Positions 1 to 5,869 of a DNA stretch of 14,227 nucleotides are shown here, piece by piece. The DNA is from Clostridia bacterium. GTDB taxonomy: Bacteria; Bacillota; Clostridia; Christensenellales; Aristaeellaceae. The translations under genes were made by a program, and so were the position numbers. The notes under the pieces were generated by a model. The model saw only the letters and a program-made list of their open reading frames with translations. It made no database searches and was not told the origin of the DNA. How positions within the stretch are numbered: position 1 is the first letter of the stretch; every line of letters starts with the position of its first letter. The stretch covers positions 1 through 14,227 of the forward strand of contig JAKSQG010000029.1 of assembly GCA_024404275.1 (NCBI GenBank), read 5' to 3'.

Positions 1-450
1 CCCTTGTCCGCATATGCTGCAAATTACTCTGTGAAAATCCGGGCTGTCATCAAGGTCGCAAGGTATCCGTTCACCGTCATGGTTGCAGCCGTTCCATCCG
101 CAAACCATACAGAACACACGTGTATGCTCTTTGTAACCTATGACCTGACCGCAGGCGGCGCAGTATATCGTATGCTGCGATGCATCGCCTTCAAAAACGT
201 ATTCTTCGCCATATTTGTGATTGCAACTGTATGCACACACCGTACATACAAAATTCTCTACCGTATGAGCCTCAACATCCAGCAGGTCGCCGCAATCCCC
301 GCACTCATACCAGTGGTATTCAGTGTTAGCCTGCAGGGTCTTGTTCGTATGCTCGCAGGTGCTGCTCTCCTCCGCAAATGCAGCGCAGCCCATCACCAGG
401 CACAGGCACATCAGCCATGCAACAAGCCGCTTCATGGATTTCATTTTCAT
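1..450 (-). CDS. Secreted or lipoprotein-like Cys/His-rich repeat protein. N-terminal 150 codons only; the gene runs off the left window edge and is absent from the ORF track because no stop lies in the window.
   Basis: My translation of the minus strand from the ATG at 450-448 gives MKMKSMKRLVAWLMCLCLVMGCAAFAEESSTCEHTNKTLQANTEYHWYECGDCGDLLDVEAHTVENFVCTVCAYSCNHKYGEEYVFEGDASQHTIYCAACGQVIGYKEHTRVFCMVCGWNGCNHDGERIPCDLDDSPDFHRVICSICGQG. The frame stays open for all 150 codons to position 1. AGGAGGG (reverse complement of 458-464) lies 7 nt upstream of the ATG. The N-terminus is K/R-rich then hydrophobic, with a lipobox-like VMGC and an AFA/E signal-peptidase motif. Confidence 0.65.
   Translation of the reverse strand, partial: MKMKSMKRLVAWLMCLCLVMGCAAFAEESSTCEHTNKTLQANTEYHWYECGDCGDLLDVEAHTVENFVCTVCAYSCNHKYGEEYVFEGDASQHTIYCAACGQVIGYKEHTRVFCMVCGWNGCNHDGERIPCDLDDSPDFHRVICSICGQG
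7..357 (-). repeat. Tandem repeat units of about 47 aa (141 nt), rich in Cys and His, inside the partial CDS
   Basis: The motif H-x3-C-x2-C-G occurs at residues 46-54, 93-101 and 140-148, exactly 47 residues apart. A second motif, H-T-x(3-5)-F-x-C-x-V-C-x(3-4)-C-N-H, occurs at 62-78 and 109-124. A C-E-H-T remnant sits at 32-35. Confidence 0.55.
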
Positions 451-489
451 GCGTTTTCCCTCCTGTTTTCAATAAAAAACAACTCATCC

Positions 490-518
490 AGTTTATTATT
501 TTCAGTCGCTTTTGTCAA
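490..518 (-). promoter_or_regulatory. Sigma-A-type promoter candidate for the Cys/His-rich protein gene
   Basis: On the minus strand: TTGACA (reverse complement of 513-518), a 17-nt spacer, then TAAACT (reverse complement of 490-495). It lies about 40 nt upstream of the ATG at 450. Confidence 0.45.
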
Positions 519-585
519 TACAATTTTGTGGAAAGCCCGTCTTTCAGCCGCAGCACCATATGACGCCAAGCAGTTAAAAAAATTC

Positions 586-617
586 AAAAAGCGCTGCCGT
601 GTTCTTCACGACAGCAC
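586..617 (-). terminator. Rho-independent terminator of the cysK-MOSC operon
   Basis: The minus strand reads GTGCTGTCGTG-aagaa-CACGGCAGCGC. This forms a 9-10 bp stem with one G.U pair, followed by TTTTTGAATTTTTTT. It starts 14 nt after the MOSC stop codon. Confidence 0.6.
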
Positions 618-630
618 TTTTTCATTCTGA

Positions 631-1071
631 TTATTCTTCCACGATGGTGATGGCGTCTCCGCTCCTGATGGCGCCTTCCTTCAGCACGATGGCAAACACG
701 CCTTCCCGCGGCATCACGCAGTCGCCCACCTGCTTGCGGATGGCGCAGTCCGCGTGGCATTCCTTGCCGATCTGCGTCACTTCCAGCAGCGTCTCACCGA
801 CCGCCAGCTTTGTTCCGATGGGCAGGGAGTGCACAATGATGCCCTCGGTCAGAATGTTTTCCGCAAACGCCCCGATGGGAATATCGGGAAACACCGCCTT
901 CATCTTGTCCACGCTCTCCTGCGCCAGCAGGCTGATCTGACGGTGCCAGTCGCCCGCGTGCGCATCGCCCACGATGCCGTGATGCATCTTCACGTCAATG
1001 TGATCCACCGGGTGCTTCATCGTTCCTTTTTTCTCGCTGATACAAACCGCCACAACAGAAGCCATTTTCAT
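631..1071 (-). CDS. Small stand-alone MOSC-domain protein (146 aa)
   Basis: The translation (VVAVCISEKKGT...GIVGDAHAG.WHRQISLL...GENILTEG...LEVTQIGKECHADCAIRKQVGDCVMPREGVFA) matches my recollection of the roughly 145-aa MOSC proteins of anaerobic Firmicutes, including the conserved Cys region. GGAGGAAG lies immediately upstream. A second in-frame ATG at 1065 has better Shine-Dalgarno spacing, so the exact start is uncertain by 2 codons. Confidence 0.85.
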   Translation of the reverse strand: MKMASVVAVCISEKKGTMKHPVDHIDVKMHHGIVGDAHAGDWHRQISLLAQESVDKMKAVFPDIPIGAFAENILTEGIIVHSLPIGTKLAVGETLLEVTQIGKECHADCAIRKQVGDCVMPREGVFAIVLKEGAIRSGDAITIVEE

Positions 1072-1085
1072 CTTCCTCCGTTAAA

Positions 1086-2018
1086 TCAGTCCGCAAACAG
1101 CGGGGTGGAAAGATAACGGTCACCCGTGTCGGGCAGCAGTACCACAATGGTCTTGCCCGCGTTTTCGGGGCGCTTCGCCAGTTGAATGGCTGCCCACGTT
1201 GCCGCGCCGGAGGAGATGCCCACCAGCACGCCTTCCTTACGGCCGATCAGCTTGCCCGTCGCAAAGGCATCTTCATTCGCTACGGGAATGATCTCATCAT
1301 AGATCTTCGTGTTCAGCACATCGGGCACAAATCCCGCGCCGATGCCCTGAATCTTGTGCGCACCCGCCACGCCGGTCGACAGCACCGCAGAGGTCGCGGG
1401 CTCCACCGCCACCACCTTCACGTTGGGGTTCTGGCTCTTCAGGTACTCGCCGGTGCCAGTCACCGTGCCGCCTGTACCAACGCCGGCCACAAAGATATCC
1501 ACCTTGCCGTCGGTATCCGCCCAGATCTCGGGGCCCGTCGTCTCAAAGTGCGCCTTTGGGTTGGCCTTGTTCACAAACTGTCCGGGGATAAAGCTGTTTT
1601 CTATCTCCTTCGCCAGCTCTTCCGCCTTGGCGATGGCGCCCTTCATGCCCTTGGAACCTTCGGTCAGCACGATCTCGGCACCATACGCCTTGATCAGCTG
1701 GCGGCGCTCCACGCTCATCGTTTCGGGCATGGTCAGGATCAGATGATACCCTCTCGCTGCCGCCACGGATGCCAGACCGATGCCCGTGTTGCCGCTGGTC
1801 GGCTCGATCAGGGTCGCACCGGGTTTCAGTGCGCCGCTCTTTTCGGCATCGTCAATAATGGCCTTTGCGATACGGTCCTTCACGCTGCCTGCGGGATTAA
1901 AGTATTCCAATTTCGCTAAAATAGTGGCTTTCAGATCGTTTTCTTTTTCAATATGGGTCAGTTCCAGCAAAGGTGTCTTTCCGATCAGCTGATCAGCGGA
2001 AGTATAAATCACGGCCAT
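1086..2018 (-). CDS. cysK: Cysteine synthase A / O-acetylserine sulfhydrylase (PLP-dependent)
   Basis: Hallmark motifs are present: NPAGSVKDR (PLP lysine), TSGNTG (Asn loop) and [10 protein letters not shown]. The length of 310 aa is typical for CysK. I place the start at the ATG at 2018 ([20 protein letters not shown]), which has AAAGGAGA 8 nt upstream, rather than at the track start 2087. Confidence 0.95.
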   Translation of the reverse strand: MAVIYTSADQLIGKTPLLELTHIEKENDLKATILAKLEYFNPAGSVKDRIAKAIIDDAEKSGALKPGATLIEPTSGNTGIGLASVAAARGYHLILTMPETMSVERRQLIKAYGAEIVLTEGSKGMKGAIAKAEELAKEIENSFIPGQFVNKANPKAHFETTGPEIWADTDGKVDIFVAGVGTGGTVTGTGEYLKSQNPNVKVVAVEPATSAVLSTGVAGAHKIQGIGAGFVPDVLNTKIYDEIIPVANEDAFATGKLIGRKEGVLVGISSGAATWAAIQLAKRPENAGKTIVVLLPDTGDRYLSTPLFAD

Positions 2019-2246
2019 TGTTCTTTCTCCTTTCAATTCGTGCATCATTTTGACCCCATCCGGGTATAAAAACTGCCCGGACGTCAAACAACCTTCCGGG
2101 CAAACTGCTTTTAGGTTTCACAGGGGGCCTTCAAGTGCCTGTTCCCCGCGTCCAAGCCCGGAAAAAGAGCATTTCACAACAACACATACCGACATCCATG
2201 CTTGCAAACATTGCTTTTCTCCTTCCCCGTATCTTTTTCAAGTGAT
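2019..2246 (-). promoter_or_regulatory. Long structured 5' leader of cysK (about 225 nt). Candidate transcription-attenuation or riboswitch-type element; class unresolved, with T-box-like hints.
   Basis: The leader lies between the predicted promoter (2253-2280) and the cysK ATG. It contains an 8-bp long-range helix, GAAAAAGA (reverse complement of 2232-2239) with TCTTTTTC (reverse complement of 2161-2168). It also contains an intrinsic terminator (2066-2101). An upstream CCGGGC (reverse complement of 2156-2161) can pair with the terminator 5' arm GCCCGG as an antiterminator, and a UGGA (reverse complement of 2151-2154) follows it directly. Confidence 0.4.
2066..2101 (-). terminator. Intrinsic terminator hairpin inside the cysK leader (attenuator)
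   Basis: The minus strand reads GCCCGGA-aggttgtttgacg-TCCGGGC followed by AGUUUUUA. It sits about 50 nt upstream of the cysK start. No gene lies upstream on this strand for it to terminate. Confidence 0.5.
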
Positions 2247-2252
2247 GGCATT

Positions 2253-2280
2253 ACTATACACCTATTTTCCTACTTTGTAA
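2253..2280 (-). promoter_or_regulatory. Sigma-A-type promoter candidate for cysK
   Basis: On the minus strand: TTACAA (reverse complement of 2275-2280), a 16-nt spacer ending in TG, then TATAGT (reverse complement of 2253-2258). Confidence 0.5.
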
Positions 2281-2286
2281 ATAGGT
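2260..2286. promoter_or_regulatory. Inverted repeat; candidate Rrf2/CymR-type operator in the divergent promoter region
   Basis: ACCTATTT (2260-2267) and AAATAGGT (2279-2286) form an 8-bp perfect inverted repeat with an 11-bp spacer. The repeat overlaps the -35 element of the cysK promoter and lies about 20 bp upstream of the Rrf2 gene's -35. The ATAGGTAATT segment resembles the ATMGGAATT part of the B. subtilis CymR box as I remember it. Confidence 0.3.
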
Positions 2287-2303
2287 AATTGGATAAATAT
2301 TGC

Positions 2304-2332
2304 TTGAATTACCCATTCACCTGCTGTACAAT
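2304..2332 (+). promoter_or_regulatory. Sigma-A-type promoter candidate for the Rrf2 regulator gene
   Basis: TTGAAT (2304-2309), a 17-nt spacer ending in TG, then TACAAT (2327-2332). It lies 22 nt upstream of the ATG at 2354. Confidence 0.5.
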
Positions 2333-2353
2333 AGGGTAAAAGGAAGTGTTCTT

Positions 2354-2809
2354 ATGATATCCACCAAAGGCAGATACGCCATTCGCTTCATGATCGATCT
2401 TTCCACGCAGCCACAGGGTACACCTGTCCCCCTTGAAGAAATTGCCGCCCGCCAGCAGATCTCCAAAAAATATCTGGAAACGGTCGTCAACCTGCTCGTC
2501 AAAGCCGGCATTGTTCGCGGCGCCAGTGGAAAGGGCGGCGGCTACCGCCTGCTCCGAAAGCCATCCGAGTGCACCGTCGGCGAAATCCTGATGATCACCG
2601 AAGGCACCCTTGCCGCCGTTTCCTGCCTCCACTGCAATGCCGAACCCTGTCCCCGTGAAAAAGGCTGCAAAACGCTGCCCATGTGGAAAAAGTTCGATGC
2701 CCTCGTGCATGACTTCTTCTATTCTATCACCATTGAGGACCTTGTCACCGGCAACATCGACCCTGTTTCCACCACCGCCTTGACCGTCTCTGAAGGAGAA
2801 AGCCTCTGA
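2354..2809 (+). CDS. Rrf2-family transcriptional regulator (CymR/IscR-like) with a C-terminal Cys cluster
   Basis: The N-terminus MISTKGRYAIRFMIDLS...VPLEEIAARQQISKKYLETVVNLLVKAGIV...GGGYRL is the classic Rrf2 winged helix-turn-helix. The Cys cluster is C-LH-C-NAEP-C-PREKG-C. AGGAAG lies 7 nt upstream of the ATG at 2354. The track start at 2300 is a TTG inside the promoter. Confidence 0.9.
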   Translation: MISTKGRYAIRFMIDLSTQPQGTPVPLEEIAARQQISKKYLETVVNLLVKAGIVRGASGKGGGYRLLRKPSECTVGEILMITEGTLAAVSCLHCNAEPCPREKGCKTLPMWKKFDALVHDFFYSITIEDLVTGNIDPVSTTALTVSEGESL

Positions 2810-2860
2810 AGGATCGCCTTCCTCATCGTTACCGCCGTCAAAGATATATATTGTCCATAC

Positions 2861-2887
2861 AAAAAGCCCGGACGATACCGTCCGGGC
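2861..2887 (-). terminator. Rho-independent terminator of rny (may also stop the convergent Rrf2 transcript)
   Basis: GCCCGGACG (2866-2874), loop atac, CGTCCGGGC (2879-2887). The perfect 9-bp stem is followed on the minus strand by TTTTTG (reverse complement of 2861-2865). It lies 12 nt after the rny stop. Confidence 0.75.
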
Positions 2888-2898
2888 TGATATAGTGA

Positions 2899-4440
2899 TT
2901 ATTTTGCGTATTCGGTGCAGCGGGTCTCGCGGATCACATTGACGCGGATCTGACCGGGATATTCCATTTCCTGTTCAATGCGCTTGGCGATCTCCTTGGC
3001 CATCACCTTGGTGCCCTCATCGGTCACATCCTCGGGCTTGACCATGATACGGATCTCGCGGCCGGACTGAATGGCGAAGGACTTTTCAACACCGGCGAAA
3101 TCATTGGCGATGCTTTCCAGCTTCTCCAGACGCTTGATGTAGTTTTCAAGCGATTCACGGCGGGCACCGGGACGGGCAGCACTGATGGCGTCAGCGGCCT
3201 GTACCAGCACAGCCTCCACCGTCTGGGGCTCAATATCATTGTGATGAGCCTGAATGCAGTGGATGATGTCGTTGTTCTCATGATACTTGCGGGCCAGCTC
3301 GGCACCCAGCTGTACGTGGGAGCCTTCCTGCTCATGGTCAACGGCCTTACCGATATCATGCAGCAGACCGGCACGCTTGGCAAGCTGCACATCGGCGCCC
3401 AGTTCGGCGGCCATCAGACCGGCCAGATGGCTGACCTCGATGGAGTGCTTCAGCACGTTCTGACCATAGGAGGTACGATAGCGCATACGGCCCAGAATCT
3501 TGACCAGTTCGGGATGCAGGCTATGCTGACCGGTCTCGAACACGGCCTGTTCGCCGGCTTCGCGGATCTGGTTGTCCACTTCCTTCTTGGCCTTCTCGAC
3601 CATTTCCTCAATGCGGGCGGGATGGATGCGGCCATCCTGAATCAGCTTTTCAATGGCCAGACGAGCAATCTCACGGCGCACGGGATCGAATGCGGAGACG
3701 ATCACGGCTTCGGGCGTATCATCGATGATCAGATCCACACCGGTAGCCGTCTCAAGGGCACGGATGTTGCGGCCTTCACGGCCGATGATGCGGCCCTTCA
3801 TATCATCATTGGGCAGGTTGATGACCGACACGGTGGTTTCAGCCACATGGTCGGCAGCACACTTCTGAATGGCCAGAGCAATGATATTGCGGGCTTTCTT
3901 TTCGCCCTCTTCCTTGGCCTTGGCTTCAATTTCACGCACCAGCGCAGCGGCGTCATGATAAGCATCCTTCTGCACATGACCGATGATCATCTGCTTGGCC
4001 TCATCCTGCGTCATGGCGGCGATGCGTTCCAGCTCCTTGGACTGCTTGTCACGCAGTTCTTCGGCTTCGGCATACAGCTTCTGGGTCTGTTCGCTCTTCT
4101 GGTTCAGCGTTTCCTCGCGCCGTTCCAGATTGTCCATCTTTTTGTCCAGGGCTTCCTCACGCTGATTGACACGGCGTTCGGCATGCTGCACTTCGTTGCG
4201 GCGGGTACGGATTTCTTCGTCCAGCTTGGTCTTGAGGCGCAGTACTTCTTCTTTGGCTTCGATTTCGGTTTCCTTTTTAATATCGGCTGCCTTGCGGCTC
4301 GCGTCGTCCAGCAGCTTTTGCGCGTATTCTTCGGTGCGGCCGATGCGTTTTTCGGTCACGGAACGGCGATAGGTATAACCCACACCGCAGCCGACCGCCG
4401 CAAACAGCAGCATCAGTACAATTGCCAGTACAATGTTCAA
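2899..4440 (-). CDS. rny: Ribonuclease Y (membrane-anchored endoribonuclease with KH and HD domains)
   Basis: The protein has an N-terminal transmembrane helix ([21 protein letters not shown]) and a long E/K/R-rich coiled-coil. A KH region follows ([38 protein letters not shown]), then an HD domain ([10 protein letters not shown]...LLHDIGKA...HH). The length is 513 aa. The start is a TTG at 4440-4438, with GGGGAG 6 nt upstream. Confidence 0.95.
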   Translation of the reverse strand: MNIVLAIVLMLLFAAVGCGVGYTYRRSVTEKRIGRTEEYAQKLLDDASRKAADIKKETEIEAKEEVLRLKTKLDEEIRTRRNEVQHAERRVNQREEALDKKMDNLERREETLNQKSEQTQKLYAEAEELRDKQSKELERIAAMTQDEAKQMIIGHVQKDAYHDAAALVREIEAKAKEEGEKKARNIIALAIQKCAADHVAETTVSVINLPNDDMKGRIIGREGRNIRALETATGVDLIIDDTPEAVIVSAFDPVRREIARLAIEKLIQDGRIHPARIEEMVEKAKKEVDNQIREAGEQAVFETGQHSLHPELVKILGRMRYRTSYGQNVLKHSIEVSHLAGLMAAELGADVQLAKRAGLLHDIGKAVDHEQEGSHVQLGAELARKYHENNDIIHCIQAHHNDIEPQTVEAVLVQAADAISAARPGARRESLENYIKRLEKLESIANDFAGVEKSFAIQSGREIRIMVKPEDVTDEGTKVMAKEIAKRIEQEMEYPGQIRVNVIRETRCTEYAK

Positions 4441-4503
4441 CTTTTTCTCCCCTTTCTGTTGTTTTTTTCAATTACTCATACTTAAAATCTCGGGTGACCA
4501 TAG

Positions 4504-4533
4504 AAAAAAACCGTGCGGCAATAACCGTCACGG
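4504..4533 (-). terminator. Intrinsic terminator upstream of rny (end of a short transcript, or a leader attenuator)
   Basis: The minus strand reads CCGTG-A-CGG-ttattg-CCG-CACGG, an 8-bp stem with one bulge. It is followed by seven U residues (reverse complement of 4504-4510). It lies 64 nt upstream of the rny start codon. Confidence 0.6.
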
Positions 4534-4565
4534 CTTCAGCTGCCATTAACGCACAGCAAAACACT

Positions 4566-4691
4566 TTATTCGCAAAACACAACAAAACAACAATCGCAAT
4601 TTTCAATTGCTTTATCATGATCAGGCGGCATAAGCCGTCCGGAGCAAAAACAGAGAAGCTGCGTATCAATAAACAGCCCGACAAAGCTCAT
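4566..4691 (-). CDS. Hypothetical 41-codon Cys-rich mini-ORF. Speculative: it may instead be part of a non-coding leader or sRNA.
   Basis: An ATG at 4691-4689 has GGAG 7 nt upstream. The translation is MSFVGLFIDTQLLCFCSGRLMPPDHDKAIENCDCCFVVFCE, ending in TAA at 4568-4566. The ORF is too short for the ORF track. It is bracketed by a promoter (4723-4751) and a terminator (4504-4533). Against coding: 16 of 41 third codon positions are G or C, versus clearly GC-rich third positions in the neighbouring genes. Confidence 0.25.
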   Translation of the reverse strand: MSFVGLFIDTQLLCFCSGRLMPPDHDKAIENCDCCFVVFCE

Positions 4692-4722
4692 AATAGGGCT
4701 CCATCTTTCGGCCGGTCAGTTT

Positions 4723-4751
4723 ATTGTTACATAATTTGTCCTATTTGTCAA
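4723..4751 (-). promoter_or_regulatory. Sigma-A-type promoter candidate driving the mini-ORF/leader unit and possibly rny
   Basis: On the minus strand: TTGACA (reverse complement of 4746-4751), a 17-nt spacer ending in TGT, then AACAAT (reverse complement of 4723-4728). I could find no comparably good promoter between the terminator at 4504 and the rny start. Confidence 0.45.
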
Positions 4752-4812
4752 TAGCTTTTTGTTTTTGTTCCGTATCTTCCATGTTTTTTCGCGCAAAGCA
4801 TTCGTCTTTTGC

Positions 4813-4841
4813 TTGACGGCGGCACATCGTCCGCGTATGAT
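4813..4841 (+). promoter_or_regulatory. Sigma-A-type promoter candidate for the M42 peptidase gene
   Basis: TTGACG (4813-4818), a 17-nt spacer, then TATGAT (4836-4841). GAGGTGA lies 6 nt upstream of the ATG at 4862. Confidence 0.55.
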
Positions 4842-4861
4842 AAAAAGCGAGGTGATAAACC

Positions 4862-5869
4862 ATGCGCAGCATTGAACAGCAGCTGAATATGATAGAAAAA
4901 CTTTCCAACGCTTTCGGTCCTTCCGGCTTTGAGGACGACGTCCTCGCTGCAGCCCGGGAGCTTGCCAAGGATATCGGTCCCATCGAAGAAGATTCCATGC
5001 GCAATCTTTATATCCACCGCAAGGAAAACACCGGCACCCGTCCGGTCATCATGCTGGACGCGCACAGCGATGAAGTGGGATTCATGATCCACTCCATCCA
5101 CGAAAACGGCACACTCCGTTTTGTCACACTGGGACGCTTCAGCCCGCTTGCACTCTCCTCTGCGGATGTATTGGTGCGCAACGCCCTTGGCGAATACCTG
5201 CCCGGCGTTATCGCCGCCAAGCCCGTTCACTTCCAGACCGCTGCGGAAAAGGCCGGCGGCGTCCCTGAGATTTCTTCCTTCGTCATTGATATCGGCGCCA
5301 CCAGCCGGGAGGAAGCCATTCATGACTTCCACATCCGCATCGGCGAGCCCGGTGTGCCCGCCTCCCGTTTTCAGGCCGACACCCGCAAGGGATTGCTCTT
5401 TGGCAAAGCCTTTGACTGCCGCATCGGCGTCGCCGCCCTGCTGGAAACGCTCGAAAGATTGAAGGGCGCCGACCTGCCCTGTGATGTCATCGGCGTGCTC
5501 TCCTCTCAGGAAGAAGTCGGCGAAAGAGGCGCCCGCGTATCGGTCAATCACGTCCGTCCAAACCTTGCCTATGTGTTTGAAGGCTGCCCGGCAGATGATA
5601 CCTTCACCCCGTCCTACGCCATTCAGACCGCCCTGCGCCATGGACCCATGCTGCGGCACATGGATGTATCGGTCATCTGCTCCCCGCGCTATCAGCGTTA
5701 TGTCCTTGACCTTGCCGAAAAGAAGGGCATCAAGGCACAGGATTCCGTCCGTGAGGGCGGCGGCAATGACGCTGCCGTCATCAACACCGCGCTGGACGGC
5801 ATCCCCTCTGTGGTCGCGGGTGTTCCCGTGCGCTACATCCACTCCATGAACGGCATATGCACCCTGTAG
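4862..5869 (+). CDS. M42-family metallo-aminopeptidase (FrvX/YsdC/glutamyl-aminopeptidase-like), annotated up to an in-frame TAG
   Basis: Family-typical blocks are present: LSNAFGPSGFEDDV, VIMLDAHSDEVGFMI (metal His/Asp), GKAFDCRIG (metal Asp), SSQEEVGERGA (Glu-Glu), GGGNDA and VPVRYIHS (metal His). There is a good promoter and ribosome-binding site. The ORF ends at TAG 5867-5869. Confidence 0.9.
   Translation: MRSIEQQLNMIEKLSNAFGPSGFEDDVLAAARELAKDIGPIEEDSMRNLYIHRKENTGTRPVIMLDAHSDEVGFMIHSIHENGTLRFVTLGRFSPLALSSADVLVRNALGEYLPGVIAAKPVHFQTAAEKAGGVPEISSFVIDIGATSREEAIHDFHIRIGEPGVPASRFQADTRKGLLFGKAFDCRIGVAALLETLERLKGADLPCDVIGVLSSQEEVGERGARVSVNHVRPNLAYVFEGCPADDTFTPSYAIQTALRHGPMLRHMDVSVICSPRYQRYVLDLAEKKGIKAQDSVREGGGNDAAVINTALDGIPSVVAGVPVRYIHSMNGICTL

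Noticed and set aside
4-630. The 208-aa plus-strand ORF (and the nested ORF at 378-563) offered by the ORF track at the left edge
   Set aside because: It starts at a TTG with no ribosome-binding site and has a low-complexity, unrecognisable translation. It reads straight through the promoter and ribosome-binding site of the minus-strand gene and through the cysK-MOSC terminator. The minus strand carries a far better supported gene, with a ribosome-binding site, a signal peptide and periodic motifs.
2019-2258. Calling the cysK leader a bona fide T-box or SAM (S-box) riboswitch
   Set aside because: I could not find the conserved T-box 14-mer, the AGAGA/GNUGNA Stem I elements or the S-box core by eye, and the antiterminator geometry is atypical. 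The leader is therefore reported only as an unclassified attenuator with T-box-like hints.
2075-2887. The shared GCCCGGACG sequence in two hairpins (2075-2083 and 2866-2874), considered as a possible dispersed repeat or REP-like element
   Set aside because: The identity covers only 9 nt of GC-rich stem. The loops and flanks differ, and each hairpin is fully explained as a terminator. This is probably coincidence.
4422-4754. The 110-aa (+) and 70-aa (4472-4684, -) ORFs in the rny upstream gap
   Set aside because: Both run across the intrinsic terminator at 4504-4533, and both start at non-ATG codons or lack a Shine-Dalgarno sequence. The region is AT-rich and looks intergenic. The only ORF there with a proper ribosome-binding site is the 41-codon one, which is reported separately with low confidence.
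5867-5869. Reading the in-frame TAG as pyrrolysine or as evidence for a reassigned genetic code
   Set aside because: There are no pyl genes and no methylamine methyltransferases in the window. M42 peptidases are not known Pyl proteins. Eleven other stops is too small a sample to infer TAG avoidance. A nonsense mutation or a sequencing error is the more economical explanation. The idea is kept only as something to exclude genome-wide.
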